64,000 nucleotides of DNA, taken from the IMG/VR virus record IMGVR_UViG_3300027754_000060, positions 33,086-97,085 of that record. One strand, given 5' to 3'. Every line of letters starts with the position of its first letter. Positions within the stretch are counted from its first letter, which is position 1. Of the stretch, positions 21,601 through 29,273 are shown one piece after another. The stretch is from a virus. Below the pieces are notes generated by a model. That model saw nothing but the letters and a program-made list of their open reading frames with translations, did no database searches and had not been told where the DNA came from. A program made the translations under genes and the position numbers.

Positions 21601-21993
21601 GAATCCAGGATCTTCAAGGACCCAGTATCTTGAGACTAGACCAGAATCTGTCCAAGCATAATATAGTTTTCCAGGAATATTCTTAGTAGTATGAGCAGGT
21701 ATAGCATTAGAATTGTAGACTTCGCCCTTTTCATTAACATAGCAATAATCGTTAAGCGGGGCCCCACAGGTATAATAATGATCGTCTGGATATGATAAAG
21801 TTGCGGGATATTGAGCTACTGGAGAAGACGAACCCTCTGGATAGCAAACCAATGGCTGATTATCCTCTACAAGATCAACAGTCAAACTAGATCCTGATCC
21901 ACCCCAACCCATATTAGAGTTAAAACTAGATACGCTAGCTCCTAAGAATAAGGTTTGTCCTAATAATTTTACTGGAGATGCACAAACAGCCAT
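15610..21993 (-). CDS. Large tail-tip/hub-like structural protein (2127 aa)
   Basis: N-terminal hub-like strands (SFNSNMGWGG.GSSLTVDLVED; FTFTGLIESWE; YSVQISS), Pro/Gly-rich insert, coiled coil, and a CPRCHGAG...CPVC Zn finger. Confidence 0.6.
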   Translation of the reverse strand: MAVCASPVKLLGQTLFLGASVSSFNSNMGWGGSGSSLTVDLVEDNQPLVCYPEGSSSPVAQYPATLSYPDDHYYTCGAPLNDYCYVNEKGEVYNSNAIPAHTTKNIPGKLYYAWTDSGLVSRYWVLEDPGFFGVSTRVAPDGTLNEKRIYKYNIIGTPVVFKMADFTFTGLIESWERHNRVGTVSYSVQISSVETLLNESYVILNKYPGSIFSKIAGKPYGGPKNYVGPGVEYVGNIKEGAIPNVFNVYGFLESMGMNNFGGAKKTEDGIPSAYALDALAVLTCCEDASVLKNLNKTAFSPFGRIMSKTMETTNSIRITPNFKTYAFGVIPPTTNTALVISDSVTPIPRCVFGLDLSAIKRPPLTHRMSEDKMTISQFIDNIIEANGSDRTTAALSFAVNGNVHNIIKIKTIERTMETHDSTVEKTILSLEKSGFSISSTTYGKEKNNNVAPRIMKVGGPQQRLLQAKNYRLAYNQTNYIYHPSIDKFVNLNRFGGANGRGKLRVPSYFSTRNTSLSSAVLGADIHSLFDTDEAMRELMTGNKFYSLDNRWKDHEIAPNPENIIMGNYPYSFGIPAKYTCLNKFQLLQDPDTATTTQPSSSSADPSQETILPPGCVPPRYNPLYYDTISPFFGYHGDNIIDLSKDNNISRHIRPVYQDTWDGQLAIAFYVSEIPLLNLGLLPMPAYVGSTQQIANLPGAAGAAGGAGTAGSTPIGGTGGSATAPASPAPQGVTPPSPPPTTPPPTTPPPTPNPSGSLAAQYTPNPSPIGFMIRETELRCAMKDTDAYITYCLGKSKDTKPDLYNLLVGHYMSRGLFFGTAPPPSGGGADAIVTIGQGPGLGTSLLNSAVNEPGMPAPAAPAAPVVTKSDLQNFNIYLNHNFIKDLKTLAEFVRDIGNKYYGKQYMVKLLDLSSSQDSSYAQLDIVVGGRSLPVFKGNRKINQNYKIADKAWEEVGNYLDDCIIIGDENYYTLCEDNGLIPPIIGYNATDNIDYLKQSWCMKDLAAQQKILAEHQAVLDKLTLQIAMDQLRVDTIANEEPDADLFANPGLLGEYQAWQQKIEAAMLVVQGNAPAVAAQAKKIKEQNKIIGGYMGCDPSITRTYHAAGKKKQQYTAIGSSQFLTQSLDITKLGTNSSFVMVATHGRSDAFGNIILAGSKKLYSATTVNTSEIAYLNPHNLSDPRAIIAGLSIPLENTSYAYTHDPNLTIISNIAMEDLIYYDHMLKLSGRSVTVDELASLQFLSTFTGLTYGGTFANQIKVDLGQIGYQGSPANQSYKFATMLPKMAHPLFAAVPLISNQYCYGPWTNYPSVRADLVYPNAANPNTAIENMIANTKIDILDDLVPWNYGGMSFLDAKVISDMEREANYQFVMEKGSMTVEGAPIFNLGGRFEPLFTQALPANSLKYGNEVYTKFTNIIGYIDAKIINNAYIATPLNYPTVMVYNPNNYLATAPIISSISMSLGGGGSSTTNYSFKTYDKKTGLYSKEYADLVKKRTAEIIKDRKTMSSNRSKIGNDFLVDGQKILQKMSDSNSDSMSGYGSKLYGSSPVETLIGRTTLHIPYPSLGNTAGSDIGAAIPDNSPSGLYKLGRTRTWTGLYMGDEVGAELINGYESKSVMSLDGIFSPLSFYPTQYVGTYSISSHITGVPVGAVVCPRCHGAGNLPISFIDYKSTAVPRVSQQISYPCPVCSRSKLVVKNAKILDSMKNKTVAQQIAIALKDTKPEINIYAYNPIVVPYGEFRNPNAQTVTGASGLGLDKCRHSISIVGRGEMPIDGELTLGISNNLYGEKLVDLSGHISSTGVSSDYYEHDIFNQMGGGAKTLQNQRFFGLRGPLMLHSWGYDTAGYPVPNLNDEPKDMDEYGRFRRFILTSGGLNDYKQQGVFINSEGQLLGDVVGRNYEWDAAAVKYKKIKAKPSKYFHLNWAEHPELWPVGPIDLRWDDSRKLWAAGGGGCTEELLPPSIITNSTDISTLNEFLSSKESNTCPYKMVNITLEEDLIKEDDSDETYATRGFIDDIEYSKEPLTRGYRRLVYVVDKAGYSAPRGTKLLCKYSIDSGFYEPISKPVTMAKGKIVNNTNVKIEQHYIQGRRAGIVPSFVVPFDNPMEFQTTSGKNGMFVYINGKWTLTSIKN
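19741..19795 (-). repeat. Short 15-nt-period repeat encoding (T/S)PPP-T linker units
   Basis: ggtggtggtgttgtt units encode TPPSPPPTTPPPTTPPPTP. Confidence 0.8.
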
Positions 21994-21996
21994 GAT

Positions 21997-23937
21997 TTAA
22001 TGGTTCCTATAATCTATAGTTAAGCTACATGGCTGAAAAGTCCATGATACATTTCTTGAATATCTTCCTGTTGTTGGGCTCCAACTGTTTGTATCGCTGG
22101 TTACAAAAGCTATACCCAGTCTATTTTTTGCTAGACCAGGGAATATAGTCTGATCGGCTATTCCAAAGGGTCTGTTTCCCTCTATAAGACTTTCTATCGT
22201 CCTATATATCTCTCCACCGGTCCACACCGGACACAAAGGGTTCGTTTGAAAAAATCCATTTATTAGTATTGGAGGTCTAACCACGATATCAACATTGATT
22301 GTTTTTCTAGCAGAAGATCGTCCTGTTTTTGCTAATATTGGCCCAAGAGCCCGACCTATAACTTGTGTTTCGCTAATAGTATCTGTTGGAGCATCAACAT
22401 TAATAGAAACATTTTGACTGATTACTCCATCTATAAGGTTGTGATTATTGTTAAATTCATGAGTATATGAGATAGTGCCTTTTCTTGGATCGTGACCCTC
22501 TGATGTTGATGTTGGAATAACATTTAGAAGCGCGTCTGTTGAGTATATAGGATTTTTTGGATGGCCGTTAGGAGTGGGGAAATTTTCTGTCTGTCTATCA
22601 AGATTATGCATTCCATAACAAGCTCTTCTATATAAGAAGGGTTTTATATGATGCATCCACCCGCTTAAAGCATTTTCATATTTTGATGGTGCTATAGTAG
22701 CAGACTTTTTAGTATCTAGAGAAGTATAAGATCCTGTTATCTCCCCTGGCTTTAGAGAATAGCCCAAATCTATGTTCTGTGTTGGAGCTGATGCTGCAAG
22801 AGGTTGGACTATAGCAGGTACCCCGGTAGGAAGTATTCCAGATGCTCCAGATCGTATACCTGGGTCTTCATAGACTAATCCAGCAATATTCCCTTGTACT
22901 CTAACTGTTTTTGTGTGACCCTCAGATGTTGATAGTTCTATGGAATATGTTTCTGTGTATGGAACACCTGTTGGAAGAGATATCCATGAATCGCTAACCT
23001 CATAAGAAGCATTGGCAACATCCATTGTTGTTGATCTGGTATGGTTAAAGAAATGAGTTGTCGAAAATGGTAAAGAGACTGTTGGAGAATAGCCAATCTG
23101 ACTATTAACACCACCCGTACCACTAAATCCTCTGGCTATTCTATCGTGAACCCAGGTTTTAGCTTTATGAAAAGAATTTGTGCCTAAATCATATGTTTGA
23201 GCAGCAGTTCCAGTAGCCATTACCCGTAATCCTTTTGCTGATAACCTTCTAGTAATTCGAAACTGAGGAATTGTTATAATCGATAGAGCTTTAGATGTAG
23301 AAGTGCTGCCTACATTAGTTCCGCCAGATTCACCAAAAGGATTGAGCTCCTCTCCTTTCACTGTAATATTAGCATTAAGATTTGTATATGAAGTATCGTC
23401 CATTTGCTCTACAGACCAACTTTCGCCCCTTTCCTTTACTTGTTCATTTGGATCATCCGTTAAAGCTGTTTCGTGTTGCAAAGAAATTGAGTAGTCAGCT
23501 GTTCCTGTCCAATTGTTAGATGTTTCAGAAACACTAAAAGCTGTTACTACGACTCCGCTAGCTTCATACATGGGCAAGTCAGTACCGCATTTTATCTTAA
23601 AGGTTCCAGAGGTATTGTTTCTGAATAATTTCTTAAGATCACTGATTCCTCCTAGTATACCAGATATATTAGCATAGGGGAAAGTTACTGACTGACCAGG
23701 GCCAGTTCTAACAATTTTTCCCTTTAATTCGATACTGTGGGTCGTACTATCTGGTAATCCATTACCATTAAGATTTATTTGACTACTTAGACTAACTATC
23801 GGAACGGGGCCTGTTATAGAATGGATACCTGTTCCGTTAAATTCGACGACAACTGCTGGTGTTGTGGCTGGTGCAGGAGCGGCCAAAATCTCAAAAGAGG
23901 TATCTATATTTGTTGATTCAGGTGGGGTATAAACCAT
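21997..23937 (-). CDS. Tail-tip structural protein (distal-tail-like, beta-rich)
   Basis: Repeated tube-fold-like strand patterns (ESWSVE, TYSIEL..VRVQGNI.GL, GTISYTHEFNN, WSPTTGRYSRNVSW); synteny. Confidence 0.5.
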   Translation of the reverse strand: MVYTPPESTNIDTSFEILAAPAPATTPAVVVEFNGTGIHSITGPVPIVSLSSQINLNGNGLPDSTTHSIELKGKIVRTGPGQSVTFPYANISGILGGISDLKKLFRNNTSGTFKIKCGTDLPMYEASGVVVTAFSVSETSNNWTGTADYSISLQHETALTDDPNEQVKERGESWSVEQMDDTSYTNLNANITVKGEELNPFGESGGTNVGSTSTSKALSIITIPQFRITRRLSAKGLRVMATGTAAQTYDLGTNSFHKAKTWVHDRIARGFSGTGGVNSQIGYSPTVSLPFSTTHFFNHTRSTTMDVANASYEVSDSWISLPTGVPYTETYSIELSTSEGHTKTVRVQGNIAGLVYEDPGIRSGASGILPTGVPAIVQPLAASAPTQNIDLGYSLKPGEITGSYTSLDTKKSATIAPSKYENALSGWMHHIKPFLYRRACYGMHNLDRQTENFPTPNGHPKNPIYSTDALLNVIPTSTSEGHDPRKGTISYTHEFNNNHNLIDGVISQNVSINVDAPTDTISETQVIGRALGPILAKTGRSSARKTINVDIVVRPPILINGFFQTNPLCPVWTGGEIYRTIESLIEGNRPFGIADQTIFPGLAKNRLGIAFVTSDTNSWSPTTGRYSRNVSWTFQPCSLTIDYRNH

Positions 23938-23984
23938 AAATGAGCAATATCCTTCCTATAATATAATATATCCTTTCTTATATT

Positions 23985-23991
23985 TACACCA
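23985..23991 (-). promoter_or_regulatory. TGGTGTA candidate late-promoter motif
   Basis: Intergenic, 47 nt upstream of the ATG at 23937; same motif and similar spacing at two other gene starts. Confidence 0.5.
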
Positions 23992-24028
23992 AAAGAACTA
24001 ATGGCCATTTCTAGTTATTATTATTAGC

Positions 24029-24337
24029 TTACAGCTTATTACAGGTAGTAGATGGACAAGTTAATAATTGACTTAGATATAAGAATCTATTAGGACTCAT
24101 AATATCAACAGATAGATTTTCTGTTACAACTTCTACAATCATAGCTGGTAATAATATATCTTTTGTTAAAGTAATAAATATCTTTTGTCTAGTAGCAAAA
24201 GCAGTAAAGCTAATCGTGGGTCGATCTATTGTTGCTGTTAAGTTTGTTGGATTATGCAAAGTTATCTTAGACACATAATCATGAGTTATTGTTAAATCTG
24301 GAATTATTATTTGTACTATCTCTGTATAGTTTGCCAT
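24029..24337 (-). CDS. Small hypothetical virion-module protein
   Basis: 102-aa ORF filling the gap; beta-rich with a C-terminal C-x4-C. Confidence 0.55.
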   Translation of the reverse strand: MANYTEIVQIIIPDLTITHDYVSKITLHNPTNLTATIDRPTISFTAFATRQKIFITLTKDILLPAMIVEVVTENLSVDIMSPNRFLYLSQLLTCPSTTCNKL

Positions 24338-24359
24338 ATGATTTTACTTTATTTTTAAA

Positions 24360-27300
24360 TTAATTACAAGTAGTAACTCTGAGACCAGAACCACAAGTGA
24401 TTGCCATAAAGTCCAGAGAAGATACATTAGTGGCATTATGGGTTAATACACAACTAATCAAAGATTGTCCAGAAGGAGCTATATCTATAGTTCCGAGAGT
24501 ATTTATGACTCCAACCCCATTATTGAAATAAGCAGAGCCTGTTACTGGATAGAAGCTCCCAACATATGATCCAGAAAAAGCATAAGAATATTTCTCGCCA
24601 GGAATAGCATTAGTAACATTGACAGATAGGGCTTTAACTCCAGAACAACAGCCAGTTGGCAGAACTATTTCATTTCCATTGCCACCCCCAAAAGCTATAT
24701 TAGCATAACTAATTTTGGGCAGACAATTGGTGCAAGACAGTAATATTTCTTCGCTAGCAGTCTGAACAGTATCGCAAGATGAGTCAGTTATAATCAGTTT
24801 AACTTTAGTATACAGAAAATTATTTTGTATTTTTTGATCTAAATAGCTATCTAGATCATAATTAATTAAGCCCGGAGTTCCAGCTGGGCATAATCCTGTT
24901 GGTGAGCAAAAATAGTATCTGGACACTAGTGGAGAATTATATGGAAGCAGACCCAATTTAGTAGATGTAAAAGATCCAGTAGCTGGGCTAATAACGGTTG
25001 GCCAATTCGAATCTATACCACTAAAAGCATAAGAATATGTTTCCAATGGCTTCAGACCAATCATGGACACGGGCAAAATTCCCGTATTGCGATCAGTAAG
25101 AGTTGTTATTTGTGAGGGGGCAACAGATATTAGTGGGTTTAAGCACTTGTCGCAATTTAATGTAAAGTCTTGACTACCAGAGACATCCCCTCCACAAGAC
25201 TCTTGAACAATCTTTAAATTCAACTTAGCGAACGGATTACTGTCTGAGATTTGTCCGTATGGGCATGAAGAGGTTAGCTCATAGTCTAATACGTTTACGC
25301 CTGAAGACGGACAGCTTCCTGTAGTATGGCAAAACTTTAATGTGGAAACTATATTTTTAGTATTAGCCTTTGCTATAAAAGATCCTGATACAGGAAGGGC
25401 TACGACTGGCCAATTTGCCTCTGTCGAGCTAAATAAATAACTGTATTCTTGACCAATTATTAGCCCGCTAACAGAAGAAGCGAAAGAATGTGTGTTGGTC
25501 CCATTTGCGACAGTTATAGAATTATTAATAATATTTGCAGCGGCATCCAAAGATATATTAATTTTGGGCAAGCAATCAACACATCTTACTTTGACCAAAT
25601 CACTAAGTACAACATCTCCGTTATAGCTCTGTGGAGTTATCTGTAATTTAAAAGATGATTGTTTAATAGGATTTTTTAAAGAACCATAATTACAACCAGA
25701 GGTATTACTAGGATTATAATCTAAGATATTAGGGCTCCCAGAAGGACATAACCCAGTGCTATTACAAAATCTCACATCAAAATCCAGAACACTTGGCAAG
25801 ACATTCGAAAGAGATGTTATCTGTCCTGTCATTGGACTAAGATATGTTGGCCAATTAGAGTCTTGCTCTATAATCTCGTAACTGTATGTTTCCCCCATAG
25901 ATAATCCATCAATATATACTGGTAGAATAAATTTATCATCTCTGATATCAGTGCTTATCCGAGATGTATCAATAACTATTTTTGGTAAGCAGTCATCGCA
26001 ACTTATTTCTATATCCTCACTAATTACTTTTTCTTCAGGACAAGATGCTGGATATACCTCTAATCTCAGCTTTCCTCTTAACTTATCTAACTGTTTATAG
26101 ACGTTGGTATCTTTTATGTCTAAGTTATATGGGATTAAATTAGCATCGCCCGCTGAGCAGCTCCCTGTTGTTGCGCAAAAAATAAAACTCGTTGATATAT
26201 TATGTCTTGCCTGAAGATTTCCATCCAGGGTTCCTGATTTTGGAAATACAATAATCGGCCAATTCGCTTCTGACCCAATAAATGAATATACATACTGCTT
26301 TTGTAGCTCTAATCCCTGAGCAATAATATTAACGTTTGCTATGTTACCAGCCAAAGATCCCCTTAAAGAGACGGTCTCTGGCGATGTTATTCTCACCCTT
26401 GGAATACAGTCGCGACAGTTAAGACTAATTATTTCTGATTTAATAATCGGGTCATAACAAGATAATGGAGTTATTACTATTCGAATATTTGAAAATCTAT
26501 CAACGGTATCTTTGTAAACACAGGAAGATCCAGTTTGAGACACATAGTCAATAACATTCTCTGAACCATTTGGACAATCGCCAGTTGATGGACAAAAAAT
26601 ATAGTTTGTAGCTATGCGTCCAGTAGTCAGAGATGATGTGGTTAAAATTCCAGAAATTGGATAACACACAACGGGCCAATTTGCATCAATAGGTTCTATC
26701 TCATATGCATATGTTTGATATGGCCGTAAATTATAAATAGGAGCCGAAAGGCTACCTCTGTTATTCCCTATTCCTACGAGAGAAGGAACGCTCGGAATTT
26801 GTACAACTGTTTTAGGTAAACAATTATCACAAGATATTGTAAAATCCCTAGTTGTAATGCTTGGAGCATTGCCGTTCGCTGCAGACAGAGTTATGCTCAT
26901 CTTAGAATACTTGTTTTTTTGCTCAAGACACTCATCGCCGGGTATTTCGTAATCCATAATTTTATCTGCTCCAACAGGACATTCCCCTGTTGATAAACAG
27001 AACGTGGCTTTGCTATATATCGTTGCTTGTGACTGATTTCTAATATATCCAGATACTGGATTTACGGACACAGGCCAATTTGCCTCTGATGAATTTATAG
27101 TATAGATATATTCTATATCGTCGTCAAGACCTTCTATGATGGAAGAGATAACTGCTACGTTTCCATTTGCCGAGTTTACATTGCTTGGAGCTAATATCAA
27201 ATCCCTTGGCTCTATAGAGACAGATAATTTGGGCAGGCAGTCATTGCAATACATAGACATAGGAGCGCTAGTTACAGGATTTCCGTTACAGCGATTTGGA

Positions 27301-28025
27301 GTAATAGTTAAGTCAAAAATATTTCTTAAAGATTGTTTTTCCACAAAGCTATCTTCAGTATAATTTAGAAGATTTTCATTACCAGAGCATTCTCCTGAAG
27401 ATTGACAAAATTTCATGCTGGCGAATATTGAGGCCTTACCTGTTGATGAAGTTATATACCCAGATATTGGAGTAATAGTAACTGGCCAGTTATTCATGTT
27501 TAGAGAACCAAATGAATAGGCGTATTCTTCAAATCTTTGCAAACCAGATACAGGCACATAGAAATCAATACTATTATTAAGCTTAGTACTTAGTGTTCTT
27601 CTAAGTGGAGAGGATCTTTGCAAAAGAACATTGTTTAAAGTCAGGGGTTCGCTGATACTGACTGGAGAAAAACAGTCTGTGCATAGAACCTGTACAGGAT
27701 ATCCAATTATTTCTAGATCAGTAGCTTCTTCTATGATCGATAGCTTGACACTTGTCTGCAATACCTGGGCATCTATACCACATTGAGTAATGTCGTAATC
27801 TAGAAGTCCTATTGACTCACCAGTCTGGCAGTGTCCTGTTATTGCGCAAAAAGTAATGGTCGTATATATTACATTATCTCCTAATCGATTACCTATTATT
27901 ATTCCAGAGTTTGGAGACACCTGAGCTGGCCAATTTCCTCCAGCTGATTTAATCTCATAAATATAGCTTTTATTTGACGCTAAGCCATTTAAATTAAATT
28001 TAATTTCTTTTGAATTATTGATCAT
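24360..28025 (-). CDS. Cys-rich repeat protein with 8 full plus 1 degenerate 'NWP' modules; putative fibre/adhesin
   Basis: Repeats of GL-x4-YxY...NWP-x4-P-x-(S/T)G...(F/Y)C-x4-C...C-x2-C with a period of about 135-140 aa. Confidence 0.75.
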   Translation of the reverse strand: MINNSKEIKFNLNGLASNKSYIYEIKSAGGNWPAQVSPNSGIIIGNRLGDNVIYTTITFCAITGHCQTGESIGLLDYDITQCGIDAQVLQTSVKLSIIEEATDLEIIGYPVQVLCTDCFSPVSISEPLTLNNVLLQRSSPLRRTLSTKLNNSIDFYVPVSGLQRFEEYAYSFGSLNMNNWPVTITPISGYITSSTGKASIFASMKFCQSSGECSGNENLLNYTEDSFVEKQSLRNIFDLTITPNRCNGNPVTSAPMSMYCNDCLPKLSVSIEPRDLILAPSNVNSANGNVAVISSIIEGLDDDIEYIYTINSSEANWPVSVNPVSGYIRNQSQATIYSKATFCLSTGECPVGADKIMDYEIPGDECLEQKNKYSKMSITLSAANGNAPSITTRDFTISCDNCLPKTVVQIPSVPSLVGIGNNRGSLSAPIYNLRPYQTYAYEIEPIDANWPVVCYPISGILTTSSLTTGRIATNYIFCPSTGDCPNGSENVIDYVSQTGSSCVYKDTVDRFSNIRIVITPLSCYDPIIKSEIISLNCRDCIPRVRITSPETVSLRGSLAGNIANVNIIAQGLELQKQYVYSFIGSEANWPIIVFPKSGTLDGNLQARHNISTSFIFCATTGSCSAGDANLIPYNLDIKDTNVYKQLDKLRGKLRLEVYPASCPEEKVISEDIEISCDDCLPKIVIDTSRISTDIRDDKFILPVYIDGLSMGETYSYEIIEQDSNWPTYLSPMTGQITSLSNVLPSVLDFDVRFCNSTGLCPSGSPNILDYNPSNTSGCNYGSLKNPIKQSSFKLQITPQSYNGDVVLSDLVKVRCVDCLPKINISLDAAANIINNSITVANGTNTHSFASSVSGLIIGQEYSYLFSSTEANWPVVALPVSGSFIAKANTKNIVSTLKFCHTTGSCPSSGVNVLDYELTSSCPYGQISDSNPFAKLNLKIVQESCGGDVSGSQDFTLNCDKCLNPLISVAPSQITTLTDRNTGILPVSMIGLKPLETYSYAFSGIDSNWPTVISPATGSFTSTKLGLLPYNSPLVSRYYFCSPTGLCPAGTPGLINYDLDSYLDQKIQNNFLYTKVKLIITDSSCDTVQTASEEILLSCTNCLPKISYANIAFGGGNGNEIVLPTGCCSGVKALSVNVTNAIPGEKYSYAFSGSYVGSFYPVTGSAYFNNGVGVINTLGTIDIAPSGQSLISCVLTHNATNVSSLDFMAITCGSGLRVTTCN

Positions 28026-28043
28026 AATTACTACCTACCCGTG

Positions 28044-29264
28044 TTAAATTGGTTGTGAAGAAATCTTTATGTCGGATGGACGCAAGCAGTCATTACAGTA
28101 TATAGTAAAAGTATCACTAGAATATTGGTCACCCGAACAAGCCTCTGAGTATATTAGCATCTGTAGAGTTACATATGGATCATATCTATATCTTTTTGAT
28201 TGAGTATCTAAGTCCATATCATATGATAATACACCCTTGGTCCCGTTGGGACACAGGCCAGAACTAGAGCAAAAGAATAACTGAGAAATTATTGATGAGC
28301 TACTAGAGCTAGACTGTAAAATTCCAGACATAGGACTTATAAATACTGGCCAATTTGAATCGACACTAATGAACTCATAGGCATAATTTTTATCTATAGT
28401 TAGACCAGATATCTTGGCTTGAAGTAAATAGGTGTCATCATTTTGTTCTTTAGAAAGAGAATAAACATTTGTGCCGCTATTGCTTATTTTTACTGAAACT
28501 TTTGGCAAACATTTTTCGCAATAAAAAGATAATTGATCACTTGTAATTTTCTCTCCTACGCATGATACTGGAGTAACAGAAAGCTGGACCGTAGAAAATA
28601 AATGACTATCTAAAGAACAGGTCTCTACTAAAGAATAATCTAGAACAGAAGATGAACCATTGGGGCAAATCCCAGTATTTAGGCAAAAGGTTAAACTGGA
28701 AGATAAATTAAATTCATTTTTTGAAGGACTAATCAATCCAGATATCGGGGTAATTTTTACTGGCCAGTTTGAATCTACCCCTTTAAACTCATAAGCATAT
28801 GTTTCATTAGGACTCAATCCCATGATACGAGAAGTAAACTTAATATGATTTGTAGTTGAGCTATCTAAAGTTGTAGAAGTTGGTGAAATAATCTGTATTT
28901 GGGGTAAACAATCCTTGCAATCTAAATGTATAACATCGCTATAGAATACCTCGTTAGTAGTTGTAGCAGAGAATCCAGCAACTATATTTGCAAAAAGATG
29001 ATTATTATTAAGATTACAAGATAGGATATCATTGTATTTTAATAGACCTTCAGTACCACTTGGACAAAGGCTTTTATTCTCACAGAAAGATAAGCTTGCT
29101 TTTACTGAGATATTATCAGATAGAGGCTGAACAAAACCTGTTATCGGAGTTATAATACATGGCCAATTAGCTCCAGCTGTTGAAAAAGAATAGTCGTATC
29201 TTTCTTGAGGCTTTAGCCCAGAAAGCTTTACAGTTATGTCTATAATATTATTTTTTGACATCAT
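28044..29264 (-). CDS. Cys-rich repeat protein with 3 'NWP' modules
   Basis: ANWPCIITPITG, SNWPVKITPISG and SNWPVFISPMSG, each followed by FC-x4-CP-x-G and C-x2-C. Confidence 0.75.
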   Translation of the reverse strand: MMSKNNIIDITVKLSGLKPQERYDYSFSTAGANWPCIITPITGFVQPLSDNISVKASLSFCENKSLCPSGTEGLLKYNDILSCNLNNNHLFANIVAGFSATTTNEVFYSDVIHLDCKDCLPQIQIISPTSTTLDSSTTNHIKFTSRIMGLSPNETYAYEFKGVDSNWPVKITPISGLISPSKNEFNLSSSLTFCLNTGICPNGSSSVLDYSLVETCSLDSHLFSTVQLSVTPVSCVGEKITSDQLSFYCEKCLPKVSVKISNSGTNVYSLSKEQNDDTYLLQAKISGLTIDKNYAYEFISVDSNWPVFISPMSGILQSSSSSSSIISQLFFCSSSGLCPNGTKGVLSYDMDLDTQSKRYRYDPYVTLQMLIYSEACSGDQYSSDTFTIYCNDCLRPSDIKISSQPI

Positions 29265-29273
29265 AATTATGCC